A stretch of DNA of 62,943 nt, the filler included, from Candidatus Omnitrophota bacterium (GTDB taxonomy: Bacteria; Omnitrophota; Gorgyraeia; Zapsychrales; Zapsychraceae), in NCBI GenBank assembly GCA_015233495.1. It is 3 parts of 3 records of this genome, joined end to end, with 100 filler letters (N's around TTAATTAATTAA, not from the genome) between each part and the next. Parts side by side here need not be neighbours in the genome. Positions count along the whole stretch, not along the records: positions 1 to 25,390 come from JADFXQ010000023.1; 2 more parts are not named here. One strand, written 5' to 3'. Below the pieces are notes generated by a model. The model was not told where the DNA came from, made no database searches, and saw only the letters and a program-made list of their open reading frames with translations. Position numbers and translations under genes: made by a program. Below are positions 1 to 10,400 of this stretch, in pieces; the first letter of the stretch is position 1; each line of letters opens with the position of its first letter.

Positions 1-2
1 TG

Positions 3-449
3 ATGCAAAGAAGAAGTCAGTTGTTTAAGCACATAATCCTCGGCCAGTAAATCACGCCCCATAACTGTTTTACTTAAGCCTTCCGGAATAATCCGATTCT
101 TTTCCGATGGTGAAAGATTTACCCACAATTCGTCTTCCGGCACTGTTAAAGACGCGAGAAAATATTTGATGAGTTTATCCGCTTCCTGGCGCAGTTGCTC
201 GTCGGCCGCGCGGTCGGAGCCCGTATCGAGAATAAAATCAAATTTCAAGGGATCCTTGGGATTGATGATCATCCCTTTTAGAATGACCGGCGTATAGGCG
301 GCAGTCAAATTCAAAACTTGGTTCGGCGGCGGCAAAAATGCGGTGCCGTTCATCTGGCTAAAACCTAATCTGGGTTCGAGGAGCAATGTGAAAACAAGAA
401 ATGAACAAATGAATTTACGGACAGTTTGAAACACGGATGAATTGAACAT
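3..449 (-). CDS. 5' part of a secreted protein with the conserved N-terminal domain of large Omnitrophota proteins; runs off the window edge
   Basis: Not in the ORF track. Hand translation from ATG 449 (GGAGA RBS): MFNSSVFQTVRKFICSFLVFTLLLEPRLGFSQ...PLKFDFILDTG...KLIKYFLASLTVPEDELWVNLSPSEKNRIIPEGLSKTVMGRDLLAEDYVLKQLTSSLH, open to the edge. Family recognised from memory. Confidence 0.8.
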   Translation of the reverse strand, partial: MFNSSVFQTVRKFICSFLVFTLLLEPRLGFSQMNGTAFLPPPNQVLNLTAAYTPVILKGMIINPKDPLKFDFILDTGSDRAADEQLRQEADKLIKYFLASLTVPEDELWVNLSPSEKNRIIPEGLSKTVMGRDLLAEDYVLKQLTSSLH

Positions 450-594
450 AGTTGTCTCCATTTCAAGCAGGTGTAGGTTTTATATATTGAAATGCCAAAG
501 TTGGCCAAGCTGCTCTGCGAATTATTGAAATGCGGCTACATTTACGTATGCTAAAAACGTAAAGATTGCTCCGATCATTACTATGTACCCTACA

Positions 595-623
595 AAAATA
601 CCATACATTTTTATTTTTGTCAA
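595..623 (-). promoter_or_regulatory. Putative sigma70 promoter for the 449 gene
   Basis: Minus strand TTGACA (623-618), 17-nt spacer ending TGG, then TATTTT (600-595). Confidence 0.55.
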
Positions 624-674
624 TAGAACAAATCCATCAACGATAAAATCAACGAATGTTCCCGGGGGATTGGC

Positions 675-706
675 AAAAAAAGCCCGGTCGTTATGGACCG
701 GGCTTT
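675..706 (-). terminator. Intrinsic terminator after 728..1159
   Basis: AGCCCGGTC/GACCGGGCT stem followed by a T-run on the minus strand. Confidence 0.8.
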
Positions 707-727
707 GGTTAGTGCGGCTGAGAAAAA

Positions 728-1159
728 CTATTTTACGGCTTCTTTTTGATTTTCCACCGAAACCAAACTCAATTCGTCTTTCACATTTTTCGCAACGACG
801 TCCACGGCTAATTTGCTGTCCGCTTTTTTAAGAAAATCCGCGATTTTCGCGTTGCTGGCTGCGTCAAACTTCAGCAACTTGCCATCCACAAAAATCGAAT
901 AACCGCTCGCCACGCACGCCGGCATCAAAGCGCATTCTTTGGTATGGGTTTTGATAAAAGCGGCTAAATTTTCCGGTTTCTGACCACCGGCGCATTGGTT
1001 ATCAATAATTACGCCTTTGAGCGTCACATCTGCTGGAGCGGCGACTGCGGCTGGAGCGACAGCTGCCGGAGCCGCGGCTGGGGCGGCTGGTTTCGCCTGA
1101 GCGAAAGCTAAAGACGTGACAAAACAAAGACCTATCAACATAAAAATTGTTCTTTTCAT
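728..1159 (-). CDS. Secreted protein with Ala/Pro linker and Cys/His motif, possibly metal-binding
   Basis: Signal peptide AFA-Q, PAAPAAA linker, DNQCA...HTKECALMPACVASGY. Confidence 0.7.
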   Translation of the reverse strand: MKRTIFMLIGLCFVTSLAFAQAKPAAPAAAPAAVAPAAVAAPADVTLKGVIIDNQCAGGQKPENLAAFIKTHTKECALMPACVASGYSIFVDGKLLKFDAASNAKIADFLKKADSKLAVDVVAKNVKDELSLVSVENQKEAVK

Positions 1160-1252
1160 TACATTCTCCTTTTATTCTTTTAAAGCAAATTAAAAATATT
1201 TTTAAAACATAACCGCCCCAAATAATCCGAATTATCGGTCAGTCGACACTGT

Positions 1253-1618
1253 TTATTTCACAATACTGATAGAAATAACTTCCGCTAACCCTTCTTTATT
1301 GAATTGATAACGGACACGAACCGTCCCCCCAATTATGACTTTATCCGCTTGCACGGTCTTCCAGTCAGCGTCAAACACTTGCGCCGTCGGGGGAACAAGC
1401 AACTTGATATCCGGACCTTCGGCCGGAGTCACCACCATCTCGGCTTTCCCGCCGGGGATTGCCGCGTCGCGGGTCAAGGTTTTCACCGTGCCGCTGATCA
1501 CCCGCGAATCAATTTCTTTCACCAAACCTTTTACCGGAGTTTCCGGCAGAGGCGCCTGGCCATAACACAGAGCCGACAAGGTCATCCCCAACCAACAAAA
1601 ACCAATGACTCTTTTCAT
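1253..1618 (-). CDS. Small secreted hypothetical protein, OB-fold-like
   Basis: Signal-peptide-like N-terminus; short beta-rich domain (VISGTVK...GGTVRVRY). Confidence 0.6.
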   Translation of the reverse strand: MKRVIGFCWLGMTLSALCYGQAPLPETPVKGLVKEIDSRVISGTVKTLTRDAAIPGGKAEMVVTPAEGPDIKLLVPPTAQVFDADWKTVQADKVIIGGTVRVRYQFNKEGLAEVISISIVK

Positions 1619-1648
1619 GGGATCGTCTCCCGATCGCTCTGGCGCAAC

Positions 1649-1987
1649 TTATTTTATGGTATGATTTTTCGGCGCTTCTTTTTTAAAGGATTTGATTAAA
1701 GTGACCACAACATTGGTGCCGGGTTTTACTTTTAACCGCACCAATTCGCCGACCTTGGCTCCGCTGATCTGATCAGCTGTCACCACGAAAACATTGGTCT
1801 TGCCGGCTAAGTTTTTCACGGTAATTTCATTTTTGACTGTATCAATCGCTTCGATCGTTCCTTTATACAAGTCAAAATGTTCCTTACTCGACATCGGCTT
1901 GGCCTTCGCGGTTTCCGCGGCAAAAACTCCTGATACGCCGACGGAAAGCAAAGACATAATCATAAGAGCAAAAATAGTTTTTTTCAT
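1649..1987 (-). CDS. Small secreted hypothetical protein, OB-fold-like
   Basis: Signal peptide VFA-A, AGGGGG RBS, KGTIEAID...ITVK...KVGELVRL pattern. Confidence 0.65.
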   Translation of the reverse strand: MKKTIFALMIMSLLSVGVSGVFAAETAKAKPMSSKEHFDLYKGTIEAIDTVKNEITVKNLAGKTNVFVVTADQISGAKVGELVRLKVKPGTNVVVTLIKSFKKEAPKNHTIK

Positions 1988-2046
1988 CGGTTCACCCCCT
2001 TTCCTGATTTGGTTGGATTTTTAGGCGATTAAACGCTGTCATATTA

Positions 2047-2075
2047 CTGAAAACCAAATTAAAACATCATGAGAA
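2047..2075 (-). promoter_or_regulatory. Candidate OmpR-family binding site: three direct repeats at 11-bp spacing
   Basis: Minus strand TTCTCAT-N4-TTTTAAT-N4-TTTTCAG, followed by TAATAT. Confidence 0.45.
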
Positions 2076-2080
2076 AAATA

Positions 2081-3562
2081 TTAAATTTTTTTAATGATGG
2101 GCAAAGCGACAATAACGGTTGTTCCCTGGCGCGGCAGACTCTGCAATTGAATGGTTCCGCGGTGCGCTTCGATAATGGTTTTTACCAGACTCAGCCCCAA
2201 TCCATATCCCGGCCCGCCGCGTGACGGGTCAGCGCGGTAAAACCGGTTAAAAATATAAGGCAAATGTTCCGGCGCTATACCCTCTCCCCGATCCCGGATG
2301 GCCGCCTCCACCAAACTCCCGTCCGGAGTCAGGCTCAAAGTAACGTCCACCGCTTGCCCCGCGGGTGAATATTTTATCGCATTATCCAAAATATTTAAAA
2401 ACGCGCGGCGCAGATGCTGTTCATCCCCAGTCACGAATACCGCGCCGGCTGTTTTACTGTCATACCGCAGCGTCATCCCTTTTTGCCGGGCCACGGTTTT
2501 CATATCCGTGATGACTTCGTTCAGCAAATCTCCCAGCGCCACCGGCCGACTGGCGAGGCTGACCTCATGACTATCGAAACGCGATAAGGTTAAAAGGTTC
2601 TCCACCATACGGTAAATCCGGTTCACTTCCTCCAAACTCCCCTGCAGAACTGCTTTGTATTCGTCAACCGGACGATTTTTTTTAAGGATGACTTCGATTT
2701 CGCCCTTGAGAATCGTCAGCGGGGTGCGCAATTCATGCGAAATATCCTGGATCAATTGTTTTTGCGAGGTGAATGCCTGTTCCAGATCTTCCAGGATTCG
2801 ATTGAAGGTCTCGGCGAGATGACGAATTTCATCGCCGGTGTCCGGCACCCTAATCCGCAAAGCGAGATTCTCGGCGCGGATTTGGCGCACGGTGCGGATA
2901 ACCTGATTCAAGGGATTCAGCAAAACTCCGCTTAAAAAAAACACTGCCACACCCGACAAAACCACAGCCAGCGGAAACAAAAAAACCATGGTCTGCCGCA
3001 GCCGGTACAAACTCTTTTCCGCCGAGGCCAAAGGTTTGCCGACTTCAACCGCGAAGCTTGAGAGGCTATCATTACTGATCGGGATAAAACAAAACCGGAT
3101 TTCCTCCGGCTCACCGGATGCGAAATGGGTTTTTACCGTCTGAAAGAACGCCTTTTCTCCCTGACCTTGGTTGAAAAAATTCCAGGCCAAAGCGAGCGGC
3201 GCCGGCAAAGCGACGGAAGAAGCTAAAATTCGGCCATTAGGTCCGTAAATCCGCACAATGATGTCATTCAATTTCGGGTCTTCCGCTTTTTCCTTGACCC
3301 AGCGCTGGGTCATGGCCGCAAAATCCGCCTGGTTCTCCACCGCGGCCGGGCCAGCCCCGGGCGAGTCGTCGCGTTCGCGCTCCTGATAAATGGCAATCGC
3401 GTCTACAATGTCCTGCGCTTTAAGCAACAGCAGCTGATCGACATCGTCTAAAAGAATTTTTTTCTGATTGGAATAAACCAAAACACTGAACATCCAAAGA
3501 ATGGCGATGAGGATCGCCGCATAAGAGGAAAAAATTTTAAAACGAATGGATTTGAAATTCAT
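2081..3562 (-). CDS. Sensor histidine kinase, HAMP-HisKA-HATPase, CusS/CzcS-like
   Basis: Two TM segments, ISHELRTPLT H-box, NILDNAIKYS, DRGEGI, GYGLGLS. Confidence 0.93.
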   Translation of the reverse strand: MNFKSIRFKIFSSYAAILIAILWMFSVLVYSNQKKILLDDVDQLLLLKAQDIVDAIAIYQERERDDSPGAGPAAVENQADFAAMTQRWVKEKAEDPKLNDIIVRIYGPNGRILASSVALPAPLALAWNFFNQGQGEKAFFQTVKTHFASGEPEEIRFCFIPISNDSLSSFAVEVGKPLASAEKSLYRLRQTMVFLFPLAVVLSGVAVFFLSGVLLNPLNQVIRTVRQIRAENLALRIRVPDTGDEIRHLAETFNRILEDLEQAFTSQKQLIQDISHELRTPLTILKGEIEVILKKNRPVDEYKAVLQGSLEEVNRIYRMVENLLTLSRFDSHEVSLASRPVALGDLLNEVITDMKTVARQKGMTLRYDSKTAGAVFVTGDEQHLRRAFLNILDNAIKYSPAGQAVDVTLSLTPDGSLVEAAIRDRGEGIAPEHLPYIFNRFYRADPSRGGPGYGLGLSLVKTIIEAHRGTIQLQSLPRQGTTVIVALPIIKKI

Positions 3563-4234
3563 TTATTTCTCGCCAAAACGATAGCCGCGGCCGCGGACCG
3601 TGTGGATCAGCTTGACCGAAAACCCGCCGTCAATTTTTTTGCGCAGATAATTCACGTAAACATCAATCACATTCGTCAAGGAGTCAAAATGAATGTCCCA
3701 AACGTGCTCGGAAATCATCGTCCGGGTGATGACCGCGCCGGCGTGGCGCGCCATATATTCCAAGAGGGCAAATTCTTTTGGCGTGAGCTCAATATCTTTT
3801 CCGCCGCGGGACACCTGATGCCGCACCAAATCAACCGTCAAATCCGCCACCCGCAGTTTCGTGGTCTCGTCCTGGACGCGGGTCCGCAGCAAAGCCCGGA
3901 CCCGCGCCAAAAATTCTTCAAACGCGAATGGTTTGGTCAAATAATCGTTCGCCCCGGCGTCCAACCCCTTGACTTTGTCCGCCAAACTATCCCGGGCCGT
4001 CAGCATCAAGATCGGCGCTTTATGGCCTTCGCGGCGCAGCCGCGCGCATAAAGTCAGACCGTCCATTTTGGGCAGCATGACATCCAAAACTATCAAATCA
4101 TATTCGTTGGTCGTCGCTAAAAAATGTCCGGCCTCGCCGTCTTCGGCAGTATCGACGGCGTAATTTTCTTCTTTTAAGCCGCGTTTGATAAAACCCGCGA
4201 CTTTTTTCTCGTCTTCAATCAATAAAATCCGCAT
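3563..4234 (-). CDS. OmpR-family response regulator, CusR/CzcR-like
   Basis: MRILLIEDE, LDVMLP, KPFAFEE, NVIDVYVNYLRKKID, TVRGRGY. Confidence 0.95.
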   Translation of the reverse strand: MRILLIEDEKKVAGFIKRGLKEENYAVDTAEDGEAGHFLATTNEYDLIVLDVMLPKMDGLTLCARLRREGHKAPILMLTARDSLADKVKGLDAGANDYLTKPFAFEEFLARVRALLRTRVQDETTKLRVADLTVDLVRHQVSRGGKDIELTPKEFALLEYMARHAGAVITRTMISEHVWDIHFDSLTNVIDVYVNYLRKKIDGGFSVKLIHTVRGRGYRFGEK

Positions 4235-4240
4235 AAAGGT

Positions 4241-4654
4241 TTACCGTTCTAAATCCGGTCCGGACGGACGACAATCGACAATCGTCAAAGGATGGCTCGC
4301 TTTAAGTTCGCCGTTCACGAAAACTTCCACGTTATACGGACCCGGCAAATCGAATTTTAGGTTAACCAACTGAATCGGCAAAACCGCGTATTCTTCCTCA
4401 ATTTGCGTTTCCGGAACATTCACGTCGCAGCCTGCCCCGAAAATTTTTCCCCGCTCGCCAATGATCGTCATTTCAATGCGGTTCTTGCCCTTGTCCCGCA
4501 ATGTAATTTTTGCCCGAACCAGAATAAACATCACCGGATGAATGCAAGGGAACTGCCGGGCGCTGATCTTGCTAAAACCCGCGCCGACTAAAGTAAATTT
4601 CCCGCCCTCATTCGCCGCGGCGTAATCGGCTAAAATCAAATCCTGAATTTCCAT
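4241..4654 (-). CDS. Hypothetical protein, DUF6941-like beta-sandwich
   Basis: Likely start MEIQDLILADYA at 4654 with GGGGAG RBS; GKFTLVGAGF...PGPYNVEVFVNGE. Confidence 0.6.
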   Translation of the reverse strand: MEIQDLILADYAAANEGGKFTLVGAGFSKISARQFPCIHPVMFILVRAKITLRDKGKNRIEMTIIGERGKIFGAGCDVNVPETQIEEEYAVLPIQLVNLKFDLPGPYNVEVFVNGELKASHPLTIVDCRPSGPDLER

Positions 4655-4700
4655 ATATCTCCCCTTTCCTAGCGCAACCGCGCGCCGAAAGCTGATAACT

Positions 4701-5207
4701 TTACTTTCCAAACTTTGCCATGACCAATCCGCTTACCCATTTGCTGGCCATAATCACCAGCAACGCTATGCCCAAATGTTCCAATATCCCGGCCAAAGGC
4801 GGAATGCCGCGGCTGCGGGCGATCGCGTAGGTCATCAAAGATAATAACAAAGCCCCCCAAACCACGCAGCAAATCACTGCCGCGTTAATCGGCAAAAAAA
4901 CGATAAGGCCGACGAAACTCAAAGAAATAAAAAGCCGCGTTAAAAAATTGGTCGCGGTAGAAATCCAAACTTCCCGCGCCGGCAAACCCTCCGCTTCCTG
5001 ATGCACATGGATGCCCAAAGAATCGGAGATATTATCCGCCAGGGCGATAACCAAAATGCCGCCGATAATATTCACCTGCGGCTGGGCGGTGGCAGCCAAT
5101 CCGACGATCAAACCCAAATTCGTCATAATCGCCGAGGTCGCGCCAAAACTGAATTTAGTTTGCTTTATCGGGGTTGGCGAGGAAGAATTTTCCGCTGGCG
5201 TTGGCAT
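4701..5207 (-). CDS. VIT1/CCC1-like membrane protein
   Basis: FGATSAIMTNLGLIVGL, IALADNISDSLGIHVHQEAE, several TM helices. Confidence 0.65.
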   Translation of the reverse strand: MPTPAENSSSPTPIKQTKFSFGATSAIMTNLGLIVGLAATAQPQVNIIGGILVIALADNISDSLGIHVHQEAEGLPAREVWISTATNFLTRLFISLSFVGLIVFLPINAAVICCVVWGALLLSLMTYAIARSRGIPPLAGILEHLGIALLVIMASKWVSGLVMAKFGK

Positions 5208-7084
5208 ATTTTTTTATCCGGGTTATTATAAGTTATCTGCCGGCGCCGTATGGCCGATACCGCCCAAGGCCGATAAACCGCCAGCATATTTGCTTTTCCT
5301 AAAATCCGCAGAGCCTTGCGGATCAGCGCCTGATTGCCGGGATTCTGCGACTGCAATAAAGCCCGCTGCATCAGACGCTTTTCCCCGCCTTTCTCAACAT
5401 CTACTTTCTCGCCGGTAAACGGATGCATCCCGGTATGATACATACACGCCGACACGGTCATTGGCAAAGGAATAAAATCCTGCACCTGCTCGGGCCGCGT
5501 CTTGCGTTTGAGCAGAGTTTGACTGCAATCATAAGCGTCGCGCAGTCCGCACCCCGGATGGCCGCAGATAAAATAATTTACGAGATACACCCGGTTTTTC
5601 AAACCGCGATTGACCCGTTCAAATTTTTCCGCGAATTCCGCATAACGATCATACGACGGTTTGTTCATCAGCGCAAGCACCCGGTCTTGAGTATGCTCCG
5701 GGGCCACCTTCATCTGGCCGCTGATATAATTCTCGCATAACCGGCGCAAATACAAATCCGCGTCTTTCCCGACTAAAAGATCATAACGCAAACCACTGGC
5801 GATAAACAGATGTTTAACCGCCGGGATTTTGCGGATCGCCGCGTATAAGGCAAGGGTTTTCGCGTAAGGCACCTCTAAAGACGGACAAAGCCGCGGCATC
5901 AAACACTGCCGGCGGGAACAGGCCGCGCCCGTCTCCCATTGTCGGCAATGCGCCCCGTAAAGATTTGCCGTCGGACCGCCGACATCGCTGATCGTGCCTT
6001 TAAAATCCGGATCCGCCGCCAGCTTTGCCGCTTCGGCGAGAATCGAACGTTCGCTGCGGCTTTGCGCCACCCGTCCCTGATGCAAAGACAAACCGCAAAA
6101 ATTACATTCTCCCGGACAGCCGCGCAGCGCGGTAATAGACCAGCGCACGGTTTCAAATCCTTTCACGCCGCCATCCGCGTCATAAAACGGATGCCAACGC
6201 CGGGTATAAGGCAAAGCGTAAACCGCGTCCAATTCCGCGGCGCTTAAAGGAAGCGCCGGCGGATATTGCGCGACATACTGATTACCCTGCGGCTGCACTA
6301 CGGGTTTTCCCTGCCGGGCGCTTAAATTCTCATAAGTCAAACGAAAGGCCCGATTAAAAGCGGCAAAATCGCGGTTAGTTTCTTCAAACGAGGGAACAAA
6401 TACCGCGTTATCCGGGAGATTTTCTTTTTTTAGCGCAATGACCGTGCCGGGAATATCAGTCAAATCCTGAATGTCCTTGCCTTGATTCAGGCCGTCGATC
6501 GCCCGAACAATCGCCCGTTCCGCCATACCGTAAACCAACATATCCGCTTTCGCATCCAAAAGAATCGAACGCCGAACTGTATTGTCCCAAAAATCATAAT
6601 GCGCCATCCGGCGCATACTGGCTTCCAGCCCGCCGAGGATCACCGGCAGTCCCTTAAACGCCGCGCGAATCCGGTTGGCATAAACAATCGAAGCCCGGTC
6701 CGGCCGGCCTGCGCGCCCCCGGGAAGCGCTCGCAACCCGGTTCGCAAGTTCTGTTTTCTCAGTATCCGTTGAGGAATCATTGCCGCGGCGCGGCCGTTTA
6801 GCGGCTGTGTAATTAGCGATCATTGAATCCACATTCCCGGCAGTAACGCAAGCCGCCAGCCGCGGCCGGCCCAGACGCGTAAAATCCGTAAGTGTCCGCC
6901 AATCCGGCTGGGCGATAATGCCGACCTTATAACCGCGGCTTTCCAAAACCCGGCCGATCAAAGCCGCGCCGTATGCCGGATGATCGACATACGGATCGCC
7001 GGTGACCAACAGGACATCGATCCCTGTCCAGCCTTTTAGCTTAACTTCGCCGGGAAACATAGGAAGAAACGGGAAAGAACTCAT
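5165..7084 (-). CDS. ygiQ: YgiQ (UPF0313) family radical SAM protein
   Basis: VTGDPYVDHP, GNVDSM, RGCPGECNFC, SDVGGPTANLY, KVAPEH, YFICGHPG, EQVQDFIP. Confidence 0.9.
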   Translation of the reverse strand: MSSFPFLPMFPGEVKLKGWTGIDVLLVTGDPYVDHPAYGAALIGRVLESRGYKVGIIAQPDWRTLTDFTRLGRPRLAACVTAGNVDSMIANYTAAKRPRRGNDSSTDTEKTELANRVASASRGRAGRPDRASIVYANRIRAAFKGLPVILGGLEASMRRMAHYDFWDNTVRRSILLDAKADMLVYGMAERAIVRAIDGLNQGKDIQDLTDIPGTVIALKKENLPDNAVFVPSFEETNRDFAAFNRAFRLTYENLSARQGKPVVQPQGNQYVAQYPPALPLSAAELDAVYALPYTRRWHPFYDADGGVKGFETVRWSITALRGCPGECNFCGLSLHQGRVAQSRSERSILAEAAKLAADPDFKGTISDVGGPTANLYGAHCRQWETGAACSRRQCLMPRLCPSLEVPYAKTLALYAAIRKIPAVKHLFIASGLRYDLLVGKDADLYLRRLCENYISGQMKVAPEHTQDRVLALMNKPSYDRYAEFAEKFERVNRGLKNRVYLVNYFICGHPGCGLRDAYDCSQTLLKRKTRPEQVQDFIPLPMTVSACMYHTGMHPFTGEKVDVEKGGEKRLMQRALLQSQNPGNQALIRKALRILGKANMLAVYRPWAVSAIRRRQITYNNPDKKICQRQRKILPRQPR

Positions 7085-7087
7085 TAC

Positions 7088-7441
7088 TTAATATTTTTTT
7101 TCGGCGACCAAATGCCCGGTCTGATCGTACTTTTTGTAATATATCAATTTGCCGGCCTGATAAAATTTCTCCCAGCGCAAATAACCATTGGGATAAAAAG
7201 CCCGGGATAACCCCTCCAGCTTGTCGTCGCGGTAAAATTTTTCCGATTTGATCCGGCCGTTGGGATAAAATTCCCGAAACCAGCCCTGTTTCGCGCCCAG
7301 CCAATAATTTTTTTCCGAACGAATTTTGCCGTCGGGATAAACGGTCCGCGCCACGCCGGTTTTTTCGGTCTGCGCCGCATAGGCAGGCGATAGTAACTCC
7401 CAACATAGAATTGCGCCAATGAACCAAATGGTACGCCGCAT
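7088..7441 (-). CDS. Secreted MORN-variant/YwqK-like repeat protein
   Basis: Signal peptide; repeated YPDGKIRSE / YPNGRIKSE / YPNGYLRWE. Confidence 0.8.
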   Translation of the reverse strand: MRRTIWFIGAILCWELLSPAYAAQTEKTGVARTVYPDGKIRSEKNYWLGAKQGWFREFYPNGRIKSEKFYRDDKLEGLSRAFYPNGYLRWEKFYQAGKLIYYKKYDQTGHLVAEKKY

Positions 7442-7478
7442 AATGGTCCCTCCGTTTTAGAAATAGCTGTGAACCGGA

Positions 7479-10400
7479 CTAACTTATTGCATCTTCCGCA
7501 ACTTTGCCATGTTCCTTTGCCAAAAACATATACATGGCTGGCACGACAAACAACGTGAACAAGGTGCCGATCGAAATCCCGGACACGATCACCAGCCCCA
7601 TATTGAACCGGCCGGCGGCGCCCGCGCCCGACGCCATTACTAACGGCAACACTCCTAAGACCATGGCCGCGGTGGTCATCAAAATCGGCCGCAGACGGAT
7701 CGCGGCCGCCATTTCCACGGCCTGCCGCTTGGTTTTGCCTTCCCTCATCAAATCATTGGCAAACTGCACAATCAAAATCCCGTGCTTGCTAATCAGGCCG
7801 ATTAAAGTAACCAAACCGACCTGCGTGTAAATATTCAAACTCGCGCCCTTCACGCCAAGATTGATAAAAATCAAAGCCCCGCAAATCGACATCGGGACAC
7901 TGATCAAGACAATCAGCGGATCGCGAAAACTTTCAAACAAAGCGGCCAAGGCCAAAAATATAATCAGCATCGCGAAAAAAAACGTGATCAACAAGGCGTT
8001 AGACTCCTGAGCATATTGCCGGGTCTGTCCCGCGTAATCAACGCCATACCCTTGGGGCAAAACTTGTTTCGCCAATTGGTCCAATTTTTTGATCGCCTCG
8101 CCCAAGGTGATTCCCGGCGCCGTGATCCCGGAAATCGTCGCGGAATTCAATTGCTGAAAATGGCTTAACGATTCCGGAACCACCGTGGTTTTGATCTTGG
8201 CGACTGTCGCCAAGGAAATCATTGACCCGTTCGCGGTGCGCAGATAATAATTTTTTAACTGCTCCGGGTTCAGCCGGCTCGCTTGCGACACCTGCGGAAT
8301 CACTTTGTAGGAACGCCCCGCCAGATTGAAATAATTCACATAACCGCCGCCCAGCATGGCGCCCAGATTACCGCCGATATCCCGCATCGACAAGCCCATT
8401 TGTCCGGCTTTGTCCTTATCAATCCAAATCTCGGCTTGCGGTTTATCAATTTTCAAATCACTGTCCAAATACATATAATATCCCGTGGCATACGCCTTGG
8501 CCAAAAAAGCCTGGGCCACGTCGTTGAGCCGGCCAAACGAATCCGTAGTGCCGATCACATATTGCAAAGGCAAACCCTCTCCACCGCCCGGCAAAGGCGG
8601 CGGCAAAAACGCGACCCCGTTGAGCCCGGCGATCCGGGACAACTTTTTCTGAATTTGCGCCTGAAGAACAAACGACGAACGTTTACGCTCGGCCCAGGGT
8701 TTCAAGACCATACCGACTATCCCGGAATTGAGTCCGTTAAACCCGTCAATTTGAAACACATGCTGCATCTCCGGGAACACCGATACCTGGGAAAAAAGCT
8801 CCCCGGAATAAAGTTTAGTCTGCTGCAGGGTTGCGGTCGGATTCGCCGAGTAAAACGAAATAATAAAACCCTGATCTTCCGGCGGCGCCAATTCACTTTT
8901 AGAATTTGTGTACAGATAATATATCCCGGCAAAAATCAATACCGCGAACACCGCGACCACCGGCAGGGAATTCAAACAGACTTTTAACGCCTTGCCATAT
9001 CCCGACTTAAGCTGATCAAACTTCCGGTCAATAAACCCGGCAAACTTGCCCGGCTTGCCGGACTTGAACATCCGCGAACACATCATCGGCGACAAAGTCA
9101 AGGCAATCACCGCGGACACCGCCACTGCCCCGGCCAGAGTATACGCAAACTCCGTAAATAACGCGCCGGTCAACCCACCCATAAATCCGATCGGAATATA
9201 CACCGCGATCAACACAATCGAAATCGCCACAATCGGTCCGGCCAATTCCCGGGCGCCTTGCAATGCGGCATTGAGCGGCGTTGCGCCTTCCTCAATATGC
9301 CGATGCGCGTTCTCAACCACAATGATCGCGTCATCCACGACCAGACCGATTGCCAAGACCAGCGCCAAGAGCGTCAGTAAATTGATCGTATATCCCAACA
9401 AAAACATGACAAAAAACGTGCCGATGAGCGACAACGGCATCGCGAGCGTCGGGATGATAACGGAACGGATCGAACCCAAAAACAAAAAGATCACCAAAGT
9501 AACGATGAGCAAAGCCTCGACTAAGGTTTTCACAACCTCCTGAATCGAACTGTTGATATATTCCGTAGCGTCATAAACAATCCGGCCTTCCAGACCTTGC
9601 GGAAACTGCTGCTGAATTTCCGGAAATATTTTCCTGACCCCGGCGATAACGGTCAACAGATTCGCGGACGGCGCGACCTTGATCCCGATAAACACCGCGC
9701 CTTCGCCGTCAAACACGACAGACGTGTCATAATCCTCGGCGCCCAAGGTCACGTTCGCCACGTCCCCAAGACGGACAATCGCGCCGTTGCTTTGCTTAAG
9801 GATCAGATCACGGAACTCGTCCACAGTGCGCAACCCGGTCGCGGCAGTCAGGTCCACAGAAATCATCTGGCCTTTGGTGCGTCCAACCGCAGCGATAAAA
9901 TTGTTCGCCGCCAGGCTATTGGTCACATCCGCTGCGGTCAAGCCATAAGCCGCCATTTTTTGCGGATCCAGCCAGGCGCGCAAAGCAAACTGGCGTTTTC
10001 CTAAAATTTCCGCAGTCTGCACTCCCGGCACGGTTTGCAATTTCGGCTGGACCACGCGGATCAGATAATCCGTAATCTTGTTCGCGGGCAAAACCTTACT
10101 ATAAAATCCCATATACATGGAATCGGTTGTCTCGCCGATGGAGAGGGTGATCGACGGTTGCTGCGCGTCGCGGGGCAATTGGTTCAGCACGGCGTTGACC
10201 TTGGTGTTGATTTCAGTCAAAGCCTTGTTGGGATCATAATTCAGGCGCAAATTCGCCTTGATCATACTGACGTTCGAAGCGCTCGACGAGGTCAGATAAT
10301 CAATCCCGTTCGCCTGGGCAATCGAGTTTTCCAAAGGGGTCGTGATAAACCCGGCCACCAATTCCGGGTCCGCGCCGGTGTATACCGTCATGACCGTCAC

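Noticed and set aside
7088..7441. YwqK-like protein as an antitoxin
   Set aside because: It has a signal peptide and no adjacent toxin; generic MORN-like repeats.
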